A stretch of DNA of 64,000 nt, from NCBI GenBank assembly GCA_013265495.1, contig MU058669.1:1-64000 (forward strand), read 5' to 3'. A program made the position numbers and the translations under genes. This document shows, piece after piece, positions 26,101 through 40,648 of the stretch. The DNA is from Vicugna vicugna (Eukaryota). Each line of letters begins with the position of its first letter. Position 1 is the stretch's first letter. Below the pieces are notes generated by a model. That model saw only the letters and a list, made by a program, of their open reading frames with translations, was not told where the DNA came from and searched no databases.

Positions 26101-28844
26101 CCCTAGTCCCTGGGCTGGAGACCATGCTGTCAGATTTCCAGGATGATCCACACACAGCCACCTGTTCTCCCAGCTCACTGATCCCAGTGCCCACGAGGAT
26201 GGGCTGGTTGGCAGGCAGGACGGGCTGGGAGAGTATGTTCAATCTGGAAGCCTGAGAGCCAAAAGGACTTGTCAATGTCATGAAATGAAAGACTGGACTC
26301 TGTGAGAGTTTTCATTAAATCTTATACTCTGTGGTTAGAAGGGACCTTCCAGGATGCCTGACCCAACCCTCAGCCTTCAGCATATCTGTTCAGTGGTGAT
26401 CACCATCACCGAGACTCCACTTGAAGTGCTCAGAATAGGGGCCTCACCCCCTCTCAGAGCTGCTCATCTTGTCAATGAATGGCTTTGTTTAGGAAGTTCT
26501 TTAATTAGCACCACAGTGAAATAGGAGGCAGCATAGCACAGGAGTGAAGGGCCAGGCCTCTGAGCCAGGTGGCCTGGGAGGAATCCCAGCTCTGCAACCT
26601 CCTTGCTGTGTGAGCTTGAGCAAGCCATGACCCCTCTCTGTGTCCCCATTTCCTCTTCTGTAAACAGAGAGAACCCTCATTGGGCTGCTGGGAGAATTAC
26701 AAGTGTTATTACCTAGTGAGAAGGCAGTAAATGTCTGCTACTATTAACTGCCGCTATGACTGTTCTTCTTGTTTTTATTGTTTTTAGTTCTTCAGGGACT
26801 CTGTTCTCTTGTTTGCAAAAGAGACAGTGGGGCCCAAAGACACAGGGCTGGGCCACCAGAAGGCTGTGCTCCCTGGTGACTGTGAGAATATTCACTTCAT
26901 CTTTCCAGGCCTCAGGATCCTCACCTGAGAAGAGGAGAGGACGTAATTCCTGTCCTGCTTCCCACCATAGAACTGATGTATAGATCGAATGAGAAATGGA
27001 CAAGAAAGCTTTGAAAAGTGAAAAATGCTGTCTAAATGTGAGGGATTCATCTTATGTTCTTGGAGAAGCCCTGATATTTTTAAGCAAAGCACATTCGCTT
27101 CCAAACAGCAAAACAGCTAAACTCAACCCATTTGGCAATGTGTTTTGGGTACCTGTCGTGAATTTGAAGCTAATCCCTTCAGAATCTTCTTCCATTAATG
27201 TACCAGAGCACACAAATTTGAGAAGGGTTTACTTACAAGCATTTGTTAACTTCTTACAGGATATAGGGCTTGCTTTGGCTGATTTCTGCCATCTTTGTTT
27301 ATTGTTACAATTATTGATTATTTCTTCTGTGTCTCTTCTTCAGCAATTTGATTGGCAGGTGAGATACATTCACTTTGCAAATGTTAGCAGGACACAGGAG
27401 CTCTGCATAACTTCAGGAAGTCTCGCGTGACTTTTGTCTAATAGCTGTCAGGCCATGTGGACCTACAGCGGGAGAAGGCCCCTAGAGACAGCTTCCTCAT
27501 TGTACAGATCAGAAACCAAGGCCTAGAGAGGCAAAGACACCAGCCCAAAGTCACACAGCATGTTGATGCCAGCGGCTTGACTAGGTAACCAGGTCTCTTG
27601 ACTCCAAACTCCGTACTCTTTCCAATAGTTCTGTGGACCCCTGCAATTTCTCTAAATTAGCTGATTGTGTGTTAAGCTCTTGTAATTCATAGAGGTTTAC
27701 GTTTGTCAAAACTTATTGAACTGTACACTTCCTAAGCCTGGCTAGGACCTTGGCATTCATTTAAATTCCTTCTTCTAACTGGAACATTTGTGTTTTATCT
27801 GTAACACTGGCATTGAAATAAAGACCACACAGTTAGAAGAAAAACCAAAACCTACTGAACTGTACACTTAAAATCTGTACGGTATATTGTAGTAAATTTA
27901 ACTCAATTTTTAAAAAAAGATAAAATGCTATGGCAGAGTCCTGTATCATGGAGGGGGTCAATGTCAAAGGTTAACATTGAGAGCAAAAATAACAGATAAC
28001 ATAAAGGGCTCATGAAAAGCCCTTAGGAAGGAAGAACTCAAGAGCCAGCATAGTCTCTCAGACAGGGTTTCTGCAAGCATTGTAACAGCCTGCTGTTTCT
28101 TCAGGGGGACCAGATTAGATGCTGTCTGGTGTGCAGGGATCAGGTTGTAGAAAAAAGAATGCATCTCTACAACAGGGTGATAATTCAGTGTGGTGAGATG
28201 CGTACATGCAAACAAACACTGCTAAGGGAATGGCAGCTTGTAAAATCTTACCTTAGACACACACAAACATACGCTCACACACACACTCGTGCATGGACCC
28301 CCTTGAACAGGTTAGCCAAGGGCCTGAAGCCAGCGACCAAGATTTGAAGGCTCTTGGGGCCGAGTGTGTAAGTAAAATCAGGGGAATTTCAGGGCCTCAG
28401 ATGAGGAGGGCTGCGGGGAAGAGGATGGAGTCTGGCTGGAAAGCTAGAACAATGGAGAACACCTCATTTAAGAGGAGAGGGCAGGGGTAGGGAACTGAGG
28501 AAGGAGGAGGAGATTGAAAGCTTGGAGGAGATCAAAGAGCGAGGCATTGGGAGGCAGCTTGGTTTCTGAGAAGGAGAAAGAAGTATGAAGCCCTGACTGG
28601 CTGCAGCCTCACAAAACTAGTAACTGTCCTTCGATAAGTAAACGCCCTAAAATTTGGAGAGATGGAGGTGGGAGAGGCTAATCCACAAAGCCGAACACTT
28701 TTACTGAGATTAAATTTGATACATTTCAGAACAGTTTGTTAGTCATTTACATATAAAAAGGAAGATTCCACACTTCTCAGTATCAAAAGGGTCTCCTCTT
28801 TTGAAGAATTTGAACATTCCCCCTAGAAGCGTGTTAAAACAATG

Positions 28845-29545
28845 CCCTTGTTCACCTCATACTCATTAGGATGGCTACTATCAAAAAAGGGAATGAAAAT
28901 AACAACTGCTGGAGACAATGCGGAGAAATCAGATCCCTTGTACACTGTTGATGAGAATGTAAAATGGTGCAACCACTATGGAAAACAGTATGTAGCTGCC
29001 TCAAAAAATTATCCAGCAATGATCCAGCAATCCCACTCTTGGGTATATATTCAACAGGATGGAAAGCAGGGTCTTGAAGAGGTTATCTGTACATCCATAA
29101 TCATAGCAGCATCATTTACAACAGCCAAGAGGTAGAAACAACCCAAATGCCCATCAGTGGAAGAATGAATAAACAAATGTGGTTCATACAGACGACAGAA
29201 TATTATTCAGCTTTAAAAAGGAAGGAAACTCTGCCACATGCTACAGCGTGAGGACATCATGCTAAATGAAATAAGCCAATCACTAATCACTAAAGATACT
29301 GTATGATTCCACTTCTGTGAGACATCTAAAGTAGTCAAATTCATAGAAACAAAGTAGAATGGTGGTTGCCACAGGCTAGGGGAAGGGAGAAAAGGGTGCA
29401 GAGTTTCCGAATTGCAAGGTGAAAAAGATCTGGAGATCTGCTTTACAACAACGTGAATAAACTTAACATTACTGAGCTGTACAATTTAAAATGCAAAATT
29501 TGATGTTAGGTGTCTTTTATCACAATAAAAAAAAGAACAAACAAA
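28845..29545 (+). mobile_element. Older L1 (L1MB-like) ORF2 end and 3' UTR
   Basis: Degraded ORF2 C-terminal motifs and 3' UTR with A-rich tail. Confidence 0.75.
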
Positions 29546-29945
29546 TAAACAAAAACCCAATATATTTTCCTGTAGAGCTTCCTTTACTCACTGAAAAACA
29601 GCTGGCTATAAAACAAAAACAAAAACAAACAAAAAGCTTGTTCAGTGTGATACTATTTGTGTCAAATGTCCTATCTTGTTCTAATATATGCACATCATCA
29701 TCATTAGGATGACGCCAAAAGTAAACAGTAGTTATTTCTGGGTTCTGATTTTGTTAATCTGCAAATCTGTATTTTCTAACTTTTTTTAACAGAGCATTTT
29801 GTGACTTATTGAAACAACAACAACAAAAACTTCACCCCATTCCAGCCTCTGTCTTTGATGTTCACAAAATTTACAGACATTGAATCTGTATTTTTGAGTT
29901 TTATTTTATATACAATTAGAAATCACTGTTAATAACTAATTTTAA

Positions 29946-30095
29946 GGGGGAGGGTATAGCTCAGCAGTAGAGCGTGTGCTTAGCATCCACAAGGTCCTGG
30001 ATTCAATCTCCAGTACTTCCATTAAAGTAAATAAATTAATAAATAAAAGTTGAATTACTGCCCCCCCCAAAAAACATAAATAAATAATTTTAAAA
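29946..30095 (+). mobile_element. vic-1-type SINE
   Basis: tRNA-like head and tail. Confidence 0.88.
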
Positions 30096-32679
30096 TAATA
30101 GTTAATTTTAAGATAATAATATTAATATTTCCTATGTAGGGCAAGCTTAACCTGTGCCAGATACTTGTCCTTTCCATGAATTATCTCATACCATAACCCT
30201 CTGAAGTAGGGACTGTTATTAAACCCATTTTGCAGATGAGAAAACAGGTTATGTAACTGGTACAAACTCATTTATAAATGTCAAAGCTATGTTCAAACCC
30301 ACAGCAGTCTGATTTCAGAGCCTGTGTTACTGGAAGCCTGACTATTTGGCTAGACCTGCATGATGTACTCACCTGTCATCCTGTTCATGGGTCCCTTCAT
30401 CAGCCACAAACATAATTTATGTGTTACTTAAATTGTCCACACAACATCCTTATCATTCTCCCAATGGTTGTAGGGTATTTGTTTCAAGGATAAGACAAAG
30501 GTCAACCCCTCCAGAAATCCCAAGCCATGTAACATTCCAGGTGAGTCCAGACAGAGCTGATGAATGGGTCAGTCTTGAGTGGTCTGGGACCCTGGTACTG
30601 TACCTGGACATTCCCCTTCTTCATCCATATACTGACCCCACTGCCCATACATACTGACTACAACCAGTCCAGACACACGCTCACTTCCCAGGACCAAATT
30701 CAACCCAAGGGGAGGGCGATGTGCAGAAGGAAATTACAATATGGCAATTGTAATATGATTTATCTCAAAAGAACGATTACAATTATGTAATTAACACTTT
30801 GTACTCAGACATTTCCCTCTCCAAGGATCTCTGACAGTCTTATGGATTATTTAAATATATATCACATAGATTTCTGGAGACAAGGCTATAGTTTTAGAAG
30901 ATAATTAAAATTCCTTCCCCTTTGGAATTAAGAGAATTGCCTATTGGATGAATAGAATGCCCACCAGACATACAAAGAGATCTAAACCTGGCAACTCTGA
31001 ACACAGGGCGGGAAAGGATCCTGAAGAGCAACTTGTCCAGGAAAGATAAGTAAATTTCTAATAAACACAATACCAATCTTGAACCCCCTGCTCATGGCAG
31101 AAATTATTAACCAACCATAGCACTCGATCACTAAGCCTGGCCTTGCCCTCAGCATCTTTCTCAACACAGCACTCTCAGCAGCCACCACCACCTATCGAAG
31201 TCAAACCCTATTTGCCATCCTGGAAATTAGTCCACTCTCATCCCTCCAACAGGGAACAGTTCCCTTCAGAGGGAACTGAAGTTCAGAGAAGTAGATTAAT
31301 TTGTTCAAAGTTCCATAACTGGTAATGCAAAGCTGATTTTTCCAAATGTTTGCTTTCTTCTTAATCTCCACCCCTGATTCTTTGCTCTGTTCAAAATATA
31401 CCTGGTGGATTATAGGTTTTGTACCAGATTCCTCTTACTTGAATGAGCTGTTTAGAATGTCTCTACCGATGCTCTGCTGAATGACAATGGGCCTATTGCT
31501 GAAAGTCTTTCAGGATCAAGTGCTTTTATGTTGAAAATAGACATAGTAACCTGGGTTCATATCCCTGCCTCTCTTACTGGCAAACTGGGGTACTCTTTTG
31601 AGAAATGTGAGCTGCTGATGAAATTTCTATGACTGTAGGGAAAGGATGAGAACATCTACTCTGGGTCCTCTCTAGGCTTCTCTGTGTTCCTGCTGAAATG
31701 TGATTTTGCTCTGGAAAGTGTAAAAATGAAGTAAGACATTGGCTGGCTGTGGTGATCTGGGTATGCTACTGGGAAGGAAGTGGCACTTGAGCAAGACTTT
31801 GTAAATCAAAAGGATTAAATGCTTCTTATGATTATAAAAGAATATGTGGTCACTACACAATTAATGGGGAAGATAGTATGTCAAGAGGAAAAAGAAATCA
31901 CCCCTACTTTCTTTATAAACCATGTCAAAATTTTGTTTTATTTTTCTCTTCTAATATCTTTTTACTCCATACACTGGTATTTGGGTTTTTTTCTCTCCTT
32001 TCACATGGCTGTTAATCTATGTATACCATTTTATATTTTGATTGTTTTTTAAGATTTAATACACTGAGAGTGCTCTAAAGTCCAATAATTCTACTCCTAA
32101 GAAAAACCAACAGAAATGCATACATACATATGTTCACCAAAAGGCACGTGCAAGCAACACTTTTTATTAGAGACCCCAACTAGAAACAACTTGAACATCC
32201 ATCAATAGAACAGATAAATCAACTACAATATAGTCACAAAATTGAAAACTACACAGTGATGAAAATAAACTATAGCTACACACAGTAATGTGGATGAATC
32301 TCACAGATATAATGTTGAGCTAAAGAAGCCACAGAAGAGAACACACTATAGACCTATTAACATAAAGTGCAAAACCAGGCAAAGCTCATCATGGTATAAG
32401 AAGTGAGAACAGTGCTTAACCTTCGGGGACATGGCTAGTGACAGAGCGGGAGGCATCCAACTGCAGATTACAAAGGATAAGCACTTGATGAAAATGTATC
32501 AAGCTGTACATTTATGACTCATGTAGTTTTCTACATATAACATTAATTATATAGTTGCAGGAAAATACATTATCAAGCAGAGAGGGCCAAGAATGTCACT
32601 TTGGACCGAGGAAACAGCACACACAAAGAAACACTCAAGAGTGGGAACTGGAAAACAATCCAGATTGCTTGCAACATTG

Positions 32680-33790
32680 ATATTACAACAGTTTGCAAAA
32701 ACAAACTATCCCAAAACCTAGGGTTTAAAAACAACCACATTTACATGCCTAAAATTCTGCCAGTTGGCAATTTGGGCTGGGCTCCGCTAGACAGCACTGC
32801 TAGTCCATCTGGGTTGCTCACACAGACGTATTCACAGAGGTTGACTGGGGCTGGATAGGCCAAGATGGTCTGCACTGTTTACCCTTTTTGTCTGCTCTAG
32901 GAAAATGGATCTGGGCCTTTTCAACATCTTTTTCTTTTGCTGGGGGCAGGATTATCAATTTTGTCAGTGGAGGGAGCTGGAGGGACATTAAAGTAAAAAA
33001 GGGTTTTAGCTTCCTGGTTTCAGTGGGAGGGCTCACCAGGCGCCTGCACTCTCCCATGCCCAGCTCCTGTAAAGGATGGCTTCTCCAGCTTCAGGGTCCT
33101 GCAGTGCCCAGCAGCCAGCAGCCAGCAGCTGACCCAGGAATCCCTATCAAATGCTTTTGTAGCAAAGTGTCTCTGGTGAGACATTTCTGTGAGTGGCTTT
33201 CCTGGTATTTGAGAGGGTACATTTCCAGCAACTTTCAGAGAATGATTTCCACCAAATCCACCGACCTGGCATGGCACCACAGTGACTTCTCTGCCATTCA
33301 CTGGGCACAGCCATGTCCTCTCCAATAGGATCTGGATTTCAGCCCTGGATGGCAGGAGTTAGGTAGGGGAAGTGGGCTTTTCCTCAGGTGCCCTATGTCA
33401 GCCCTAGGGATAGTGGCTGCTCCTTGTATCTGCTATTCCTATATTCTTTAGATTTCTCTTTACTTCTTATTTGTTGGTCCCTTGTTACTTCAACCCCCAT
33501 TATAATGAATAATTATTTATATTAAAGTTTCTCCGTCCAAAGTACTGAGTAGGTTTGCTGTCCTGGTTGGCCACAGACAGATCTACGCCTCACTCATCTC
33601 TCTGGTGGTCGATGCTGGCTCCTGGCTGTGCCATTCTCCCCACATCAGCAGGACAGGCTCAAGTTTGTCTGTCTGTCTGTTTTTTATGTGGCAGCTGGAT
33701 TCCAAAAGGACGAATGCTGAAAATGCAAGACCTCTTGAGGTCAAGGCCCATAATATCACTTCAACTTCTATCTATTAGTCAAAGTGAATA
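32680..33790. mobile_element. MLT1-like LTR interrupted by an ERVL (LTR33/LTR16-like) LTR at ~32960-33575
   Basis: MLT1 motifs lie on both sides of a different LTR-like block. Confidence 0.45.
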
Positions 33791-36318
33791 AATGGATAAC
33801 AGTTTGTAAATTGCTTTCAATTTCATAATTTTAAACTATAGGCAGAAAAGAATTACCTTTCTGTAGTCCTAGATATTGCGCCCAGAGAAGACTTGCCTTG
33901 ACTAAGGTCCACTAAGAAGTCACTGGCCTTGAATCCAGAACCAGAACAGTGCGTTTCCCCACTCTGCCAGATTGCACTGTAAGGTAAAGGTCAAGAGCCT
34001 CGTGGGCTTGGGTGTCACGTAGACCTGAGTTTAAATCCCAGTTCTGCCACTTACCAACCGTGTTGCCTTGGGAATTTTCCATGAACTTTTGCAGCTTTAG
34101 ACCCTTCGCCTGGTAAAGTGGAGATTATAATAACAGGAGATACTCGAGATAGTGCTATAGAGAAGATTAAAGTGAGCCCATGTGTATAAAGTACTTGGCA
34201 GAATCTCTGGATCTGTAAAGAGGGGTTATTGTTTAAGGGAGGTTCAGCATGTTGAACAAGGTGCCTTATTTCTGTGAGTTTCAGAGACTCAAACCAATGA
34301 TGCAACATCACCTTTCCCTCCCTGGGGCTTAGGGGCTCTACTGGAGGGTCATGGTTCTCCTCATGCAAAATACCCACTCCAAGTCCTGCCGGTAATCTCA
34401 CACCCTTGAAGGCAAGGGTGCAGGTATCTGTACTTCCTAAGGGTCTTCAGGACCCTACTGCCTGCTTCCCTCCTGCTGAAGGCCGCCCTGAAGCCTGGCA
34501 GTCTGGAGTGATGTCAGGGGAGCAGGGCTGAAAGATCCAGCTCTTTCTCTGCCACTACTCCTGGAGACAAATCCACATGACAAGTAGTTAAGAGCACAGA
34601 ATCCAGAGGAAGGCAGACTCGGGCTCACATTGTAGCCCCACCACTTCCTAGTTGTGGGATATTGGCTCAGTCCCTTAATTTCCTTGACTCTGTTTCCTCA
34701 TCTGTATAATGGAGTCGATAAAATATCTACTTAAAGAACTGTTTGAAAGGTTACATGAAACATAATAAACAGTACCTCTTATTTTTTCTCCTATTATTTT
34801 TTTCCTGCAGAACACACAAGTCAACAAACAAGAAACAGTAGAGCTAGAACCAGAACCTGTGTCTTCAGACTCTCCCTTTCCCCACTTCTGCCCACACCAC
34901 CCCTAAAGTATTCGTGCCTTGGGGTCAAGGCAGTGCTTCCCAGCTGTTCCCATGACAGCACATGCCAACATCCGGACGCCCTCTGGGTGAACATAATGAG
35001 ACTGTTTGAGGCCTACAGGTGACTGTCCTGTCAGAGCTGGGGGCTCTGGCTACCCTGGGCTCCACCTGAGACCTGCAGCCTCTATATCTCAGCATACTTA
35101 TAACCTGTCACTCACTGTCCCCCAGCTGGGGACCTTTGGGTTAAGGTACTGACAACCCCTGGAGAGAGCCAGCATTGCATTGCCCAGAAGTGACATATTA
35201 ATCCATTTTTGGTAAATCAGTCCTTGGCCAGTTACTCAGTTTCCTGGTGGGAGTCCAGAGGCCAGAGCCCAGGACATGGAACCTGGGAGGAAAATCAGAT
35301 GTCAGCGCCAGTCCAGGCTCTGCCTCAAACTCGTGTGACCTTGGGCAAGTCATTCCCCTTTCCTGGGCTATACCTTTCTGTTTGAAGCAGAACGCAGTTA
35401 GAGGAAACATCCACACGGTCCCTTCTAGCTCTGACGTTCTAAGAATCAGGGATTCTATGAATTCCCCATCCCCCCGCTGTCTTCTGTTCCTGGTGATCCA
35501 TGGTTTGGATGAGCAAATGGTAGACTCCCCCTGACTATGCAAGATGCTCCCCACTCTCTGCTGGTCTCTGAAAATAAACCCTTCCTGGTTCAGACAGAGA
35601 ACAGAGCCACACCTGTCCCCTGACCCCATCAATGGAACTCCTCTGAGTCCTCTTCACGTTCAGCTCCCCCTGCCCCCTACATCAGCCTCTGGGGGGAAAG
35701 CATTCCTAGCTTGCTGAATTATCCAGTCTTCCCGCAGCTCCCAGGCCTTACACTACGTTCGGGACTCATGTGGAAGGCAGGGGACTCCAGCAACAGGAGT
35801 GCGGCAGCCTCCCAGCTGGAGGAGGGAGAAATGCTGGGAAAGGGAGAGTGTGGGAGGCTGGAGGCATATCCTGAGGAGTCCGGATTGCCAAGCCCTGGAG
35901 GTGGCACCCGGCCTTGTGTGCAGTGGGGAAACACCACAGGCCTTGAAGCAGAAGACATGGTCAGAACTTATGGTAAGAACGTGTTTGGGTTCCATGGAAG
36001 GCAGAGTGGAGCAGAGAGAGACTGGGGGCTGTGAGAGAAATGCAGGCCAGAGATCATGACATGGCAGTAGGGACAGCAAAGAGGAGGAGTTTAGGAGGTC
36101 AGCTGCAGGCAGGGTGACTAACCGACTGGCTGTTGCACCACAAAACTGACTGTGTCACCCTGCTGGGTGACTGGGATTCTACTGCGCGGGACAGAGGGTT
36201 TGTTGCTGTAGAGAGAAAGACCCCAAAGGAGAGTGGAGAAAAGAGTCTCAGGCTTAGAGACAAATACACTGAAATTCCTTCAGCAATTCTTCTATTTCCT
36301 TAAACTTTCTCATTGTGC

Positions 36319-36875
36319 AAATACTGTATGATATCACTTACAAGTGGAATCTAAAAAACACAACAGGAAGGGATAAACTGGGAGCTCGAGATTTGCAGAT
36401 ACTGACTCGTATAAATAAAATAGATAAACAAGTTTATGCTATATAGCACAGGGAACTATATTCGATATCTTGTAGCAGATCACAGTGAAAAAGAATACGA
36501 AAACGAACATATGTATGTTCATGTGTGACTGAAGCATTGTGCTGTACACCAGAAACTGACACCACATTGTAAGCTGACTATACCTCAATTAAAAAAAAAG
36601 TAAAAAACACAACAATCTAGTGAGTATAACAAAAAAAGAAGCAGACTCACAGATACAGTGAACAAACCAGTGGTTACCAGTGTGGGGAGGGAAGCGAGGA
36701 GGGGAGTGAGAGGTATAAACTCTTAGATATGAACTAAGCTACAAGGATATATTGTACAACACAGGGAATATAGCCAGTATTTTATAGTAATTATAAATGG
36801 AGTATAAGCTTTAAAAACTGTGAATCATTATATTATACACCTGTAACTCATGTAACATTATATAACTATGATCAA
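36319..36875 (+). mobile_element. Older L1 3' end with a younger L1 3' end (36366-36600) nested inside
   Basis: 14-bp TSD taaaaaacacaaca at 36352-36365 and 36601-36614. Confidence 0.85.
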
Positions 36876-37315
36876 TAGGACAAAGAAAACTTTCTCATTT
36901 TGTCCTCCCAGCATCCATGCATCATGGTGTCTGTTTTGTGGCTGAGGTCGTGGAGGCTGTGTCAGACCTCGGGCCTCGCGTTCAGGTCTGCTGACTCTTG
37001 GCCCCATGCTTGGCTGCAGAAGACTGCTCTCCTGAAACAGCCGGCAGACACAGGTAGCAGGAAGTTCACCTCGCCCAGGTGCTTCCCCCCACCTCCCCCG
37101 GACTTCACAGCCCAAACCTGTCACCAAATGCAGCGTGCCTCAGGATCCTTGCTCTGGGCCTTGGCTTGGCTTTAGGTCACAAGAAGAGTGGGCAGGTCCA
37201 ACTGAAGGTTTTTAACATTCAGATACGAACAAAACAGGGGAACCCTTTTTTACAAAGGGATCTCACTGGACCCACCATCAAGAACTCAAATAAAAAACCT
37301 ACAGGGTGGAGTGGC

Positions 37316-37480
37316 GGGGAGGGTATAGCTCAGTGGTAGGGTACACGCCCCTTAGCCTGCATGAGGTCCTGGGTTTAATCCGCAGTATATCCATAAAAAA
37401 CAAAAATTAAAAACAAAGAAATAAATCTAATTACCTCTCCCACCCTCACCCACCAAGAAACCCCATAAAAAACAAACAAA
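37316..37480 (+). mobile_element. vic-1-type SINE
   Basis: tRNA-like head and tail. Confidence 0.85.
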
Positions 37481-37682
37481 AACCCTGCTCGGGTTGAGGA
37501 AGATGTGATGGACTCAGAGGCTCTCTGGTTGGACGGTGGTCCTGCCTGCCCCACACTTTGGCCACCTCTATGACACTCCCCAATGCCCAGGGTTCCATGG
37601 CCCACAGTTTGCAAACCACAAGCAGACTCTTGCTTCAACATCCTAGAGCAAGGGAGTCTGGGCCTGAGGCCACAGATAGAAT

Positions 37683-38122
37683 GCAGGGTGTCTCTGAGCT
37701 TGGATGGAAAAAAACTCCATCTTTATTGTCACTAACCTCTAACTCAAGTTAAATATTTGAATGTAGGCAGTGGCCACAGTAGTACTGATGCTTCCTGTGA
37801 CCGTGTCACCATGAGAAATCAAGGATATTTTTGTATCACATTACAAATTACATCAAGGATCTTCCAAAATTTCTTTTATGTTCATTATGACTATAAAATT
37901 ACAATAGTTATGGTATTTGCAGTCTGATCTCAATGTCTTAATAAAAACATATTATTATATTATAAAAAATTAAAAAATATCTTGATAACTCTATTTCTAT
38001 GACTGGTTTCCCTTGAGTCCTATGTGTTTTCTTTTATGCATTTAAAAACATTCTGAGAAAGGCCTGTCAGCTTCTCCAGATAGCAGAGGAATCCATGGCA
38101 TTAATAAGGTTAAGAACCCCTG
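37683..38122. mobile_element. hAT-Charlie DNA transposon relic (MER113-like)
   Basis: Ends in aaggttaagaacccctg followed by tcctag, a Charlie-type terminus. Confidence 0.5.
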
Positions 38123-39854
38123 TCCTAGGACTTCTCTTCCAGAACAGAGGGGACTGGGGAGATTGTTGCCAAAAGAGGGCATGTAGGACCCAGGATCCCA
38201 GGAGGCAACGTGCCCTCCCTGAGCCTCAGGAAAATGAGACAGGAAACTGGGGCAGGAGCAAAGGGACTCTGAGAAGTGGAGCAGAAGCCAACAGGTCATC
38301 CAGCAGGGCTCAGTCTAGCAGGACAGAACTGAATTCCTGAGCCCCAAGCCCAGCCAGGCTTCTTGGGGGAGCCAGGACTCCTGGATCCTCGGCTTGCTTG
38401 TCATTTTCGCTTCCGTTCTCAACTTCCTTCTCTGAGCTAGTAAGAGTGGAGGCAACAGTGGCTTCAAGGTCAAGAGAGACCTTGCTTCTGGATCTGACTC
38501 TTCCTCGTCTTGCTGAGTGACTTCAGACAAGTCATCTCCCCTTCTGAGCTCAGTTTTCATTGCTGTGTAATTTCTGGCATCAATACTGCTTATAACCCTC
38601 TGCCACTTGTTAGCTGAGCAATCTCATTCAAGATCTGTAGCCTCTCTGAGCCTCAGGGCTCTCATCTATAAAATGGGAATGATAAAATGGGCTACTGTAA
38701 GGATGAAATGAGGTAAAGAATTTAGAGCACCTAGCACAATCTTTAGAGCGCAGTAGGAACTCCATAAATGTGGCTCCTCAACCAAAGCGCCTCTAAGCTT
38801 CATGATGATTGGAGAAAACCTTGACTGCCACTGCACCCCGGTCCCTCCACCACAAACTTATTCTTCTGTGAGGTTTGAGACCTTAGTGTCCATGGAGCTC
38901 TAACTCAGATACCCAAGGCCCTCACACATGCACACACACACACCCTTGGGAGGATTTTGAGATGCCACAGCTGGTTACCAAGGAAAGATGTTTAGGAGGT
39001 TCCCTGGGGTTGTTGGTTAGAAGAGACTCCTGCCCAGAGCAGGCAGGTGGCTAACATGACCTGTCGGGGGCCTTCACACTCTTAGAATTTTTCAACTTTA
39101 GTTTCATTAGCTCACGTGCACACACATGCACACTCTCACACACCATGTGCCCAAAGCCTGGACAAGAGTGGCTGCCTTTCCCTTTCCTGGGAAACTTCTG
39201 TTCTAGCTCTCACTCCACCTCACCCTCCTGCACTGTCACGACCCCTGAACTACATTCCCTATGACTGAGCTCAGCAGCGAGCAGTGGGAGAGGGAAGGAC
39301 AGGATGAGGAAGCTCAAACGAACAAACAGAAGGGGCTTGTACCTCAGCTGGGCCCCCAAAGCCAGGAGCAGCAATAGCCCCGTGCGCTTGGGGGAATGGA
39401 CGGGTAACAAGCACTTGCTCATCCAGCATCCCCCCCGGAGACTCCTGCTGCCCCATTTTCACCGAGAAGGTGACAAGGGTGTGAGGGGCCCCATTTTATA
39501 GACGGAGAAACTGATCACAGGGTCTCGCCCTGAATCAGTTTATCTAGCCCATTTGAATCTCTGAGTCTCGGTCCTAAGTTAAACCCAACTTATCAACAGC
39601 AACAATACCTACCAGTCAGTCAGTACTGCGGACACTCCCCCCACTCCATTTTAGAATTTAGAAGAGAGTGAAGTATAGCAAAGCAAAGTGACTTACACCC
39701 AAGGTCACCAGTAAGTCTTACAGTCTGCATTTGAACCCAACATCGTCTGACTCCAAAGTGGATGCTCTAACCACATACCATACTGCCTCACGCACTAGGG
39801 CCACATCCCAGGCTTGGGTTTCAGTTACAGGAGTCATTAGGAAACACCATTACT

Positions 39855-40648
39855 TGGCCATCATTAAAAAGTCCACAAACGATAAATGCTGGAGAGGGTG
39901 TGGAGAAAAGGGAACCCTCCTCCACTGTTGGTGGGAATGTAGTTTAGTACAGTAGTTACGGAAAACAGTATGGAGATTCCTCAAAAAACTAAAAGTAGAC
40001 TTATCATATGATCTGGCAATCCCACTCCTGGGCATATACCCTGAGGGAACTTTAATGTGAAAAGACACATGCACCCCAATGTTCATAGCAGCACTATTTA
40101 CAATAGTCAAGACATGGAAGCAACCTAAATGCCCACTGACGGATGACTGGATAAAGAAGTTGTGGTATATTTATACAATGGAATACTACTCAGCAATAAA
40201 AAAGAATAAAATAATGCCATTTGAAAGGAACATGGATGGATCTGGAGATTGTCATTCAAAGTCAAGTAAGCCAGAAAGAGAAAGAAAAATACCATATGGT
40301 ATTACTTACACGTGGAATGTAAAAAAAATGAGACAAATGAACTTATTTACAAAACAGAAACAAACTCACAGACATAGAAAACAAACTTATGGTTACTGGG
40401 GGGTAAGGGGGTGGGAGGGGATAAATTGGAAGTTCGAGATTTGCAGATACTAACTACTACATATAAAATAGATAAACAAGTTTATACTGTATAGCACAGG
40501 GAACTATATTCAATATCTTGTAGTAACCTTTAATGAAAAATATGAAAACAAATACATGTATGTACATGTATGACTGAACTATTATGCTGTACACCAGAAA
40601 TTGACACAATATTGTAAACTGACTATACTTCAATAAAAGAAAGAAAGA
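39855..40648 (+). mobile_element. 5'-truncated young L1 (ORF2 C-terminus and 3' UTR)
   Basis: ORF2 motifs [18 protein letters not shown] and [18 protein letters not shown]...[13 protein letters not shown]; 13-bp TSD aaacaccattact at 39842-39854 and 40649-40661. Confidence 0.93.

Noticed and set aside
39731..40453. Protein-coding ORFs of 74-124 aa
   Set aside because: Fragments of L1 ORF2 in a 5'-truncated, frameshifted copy.
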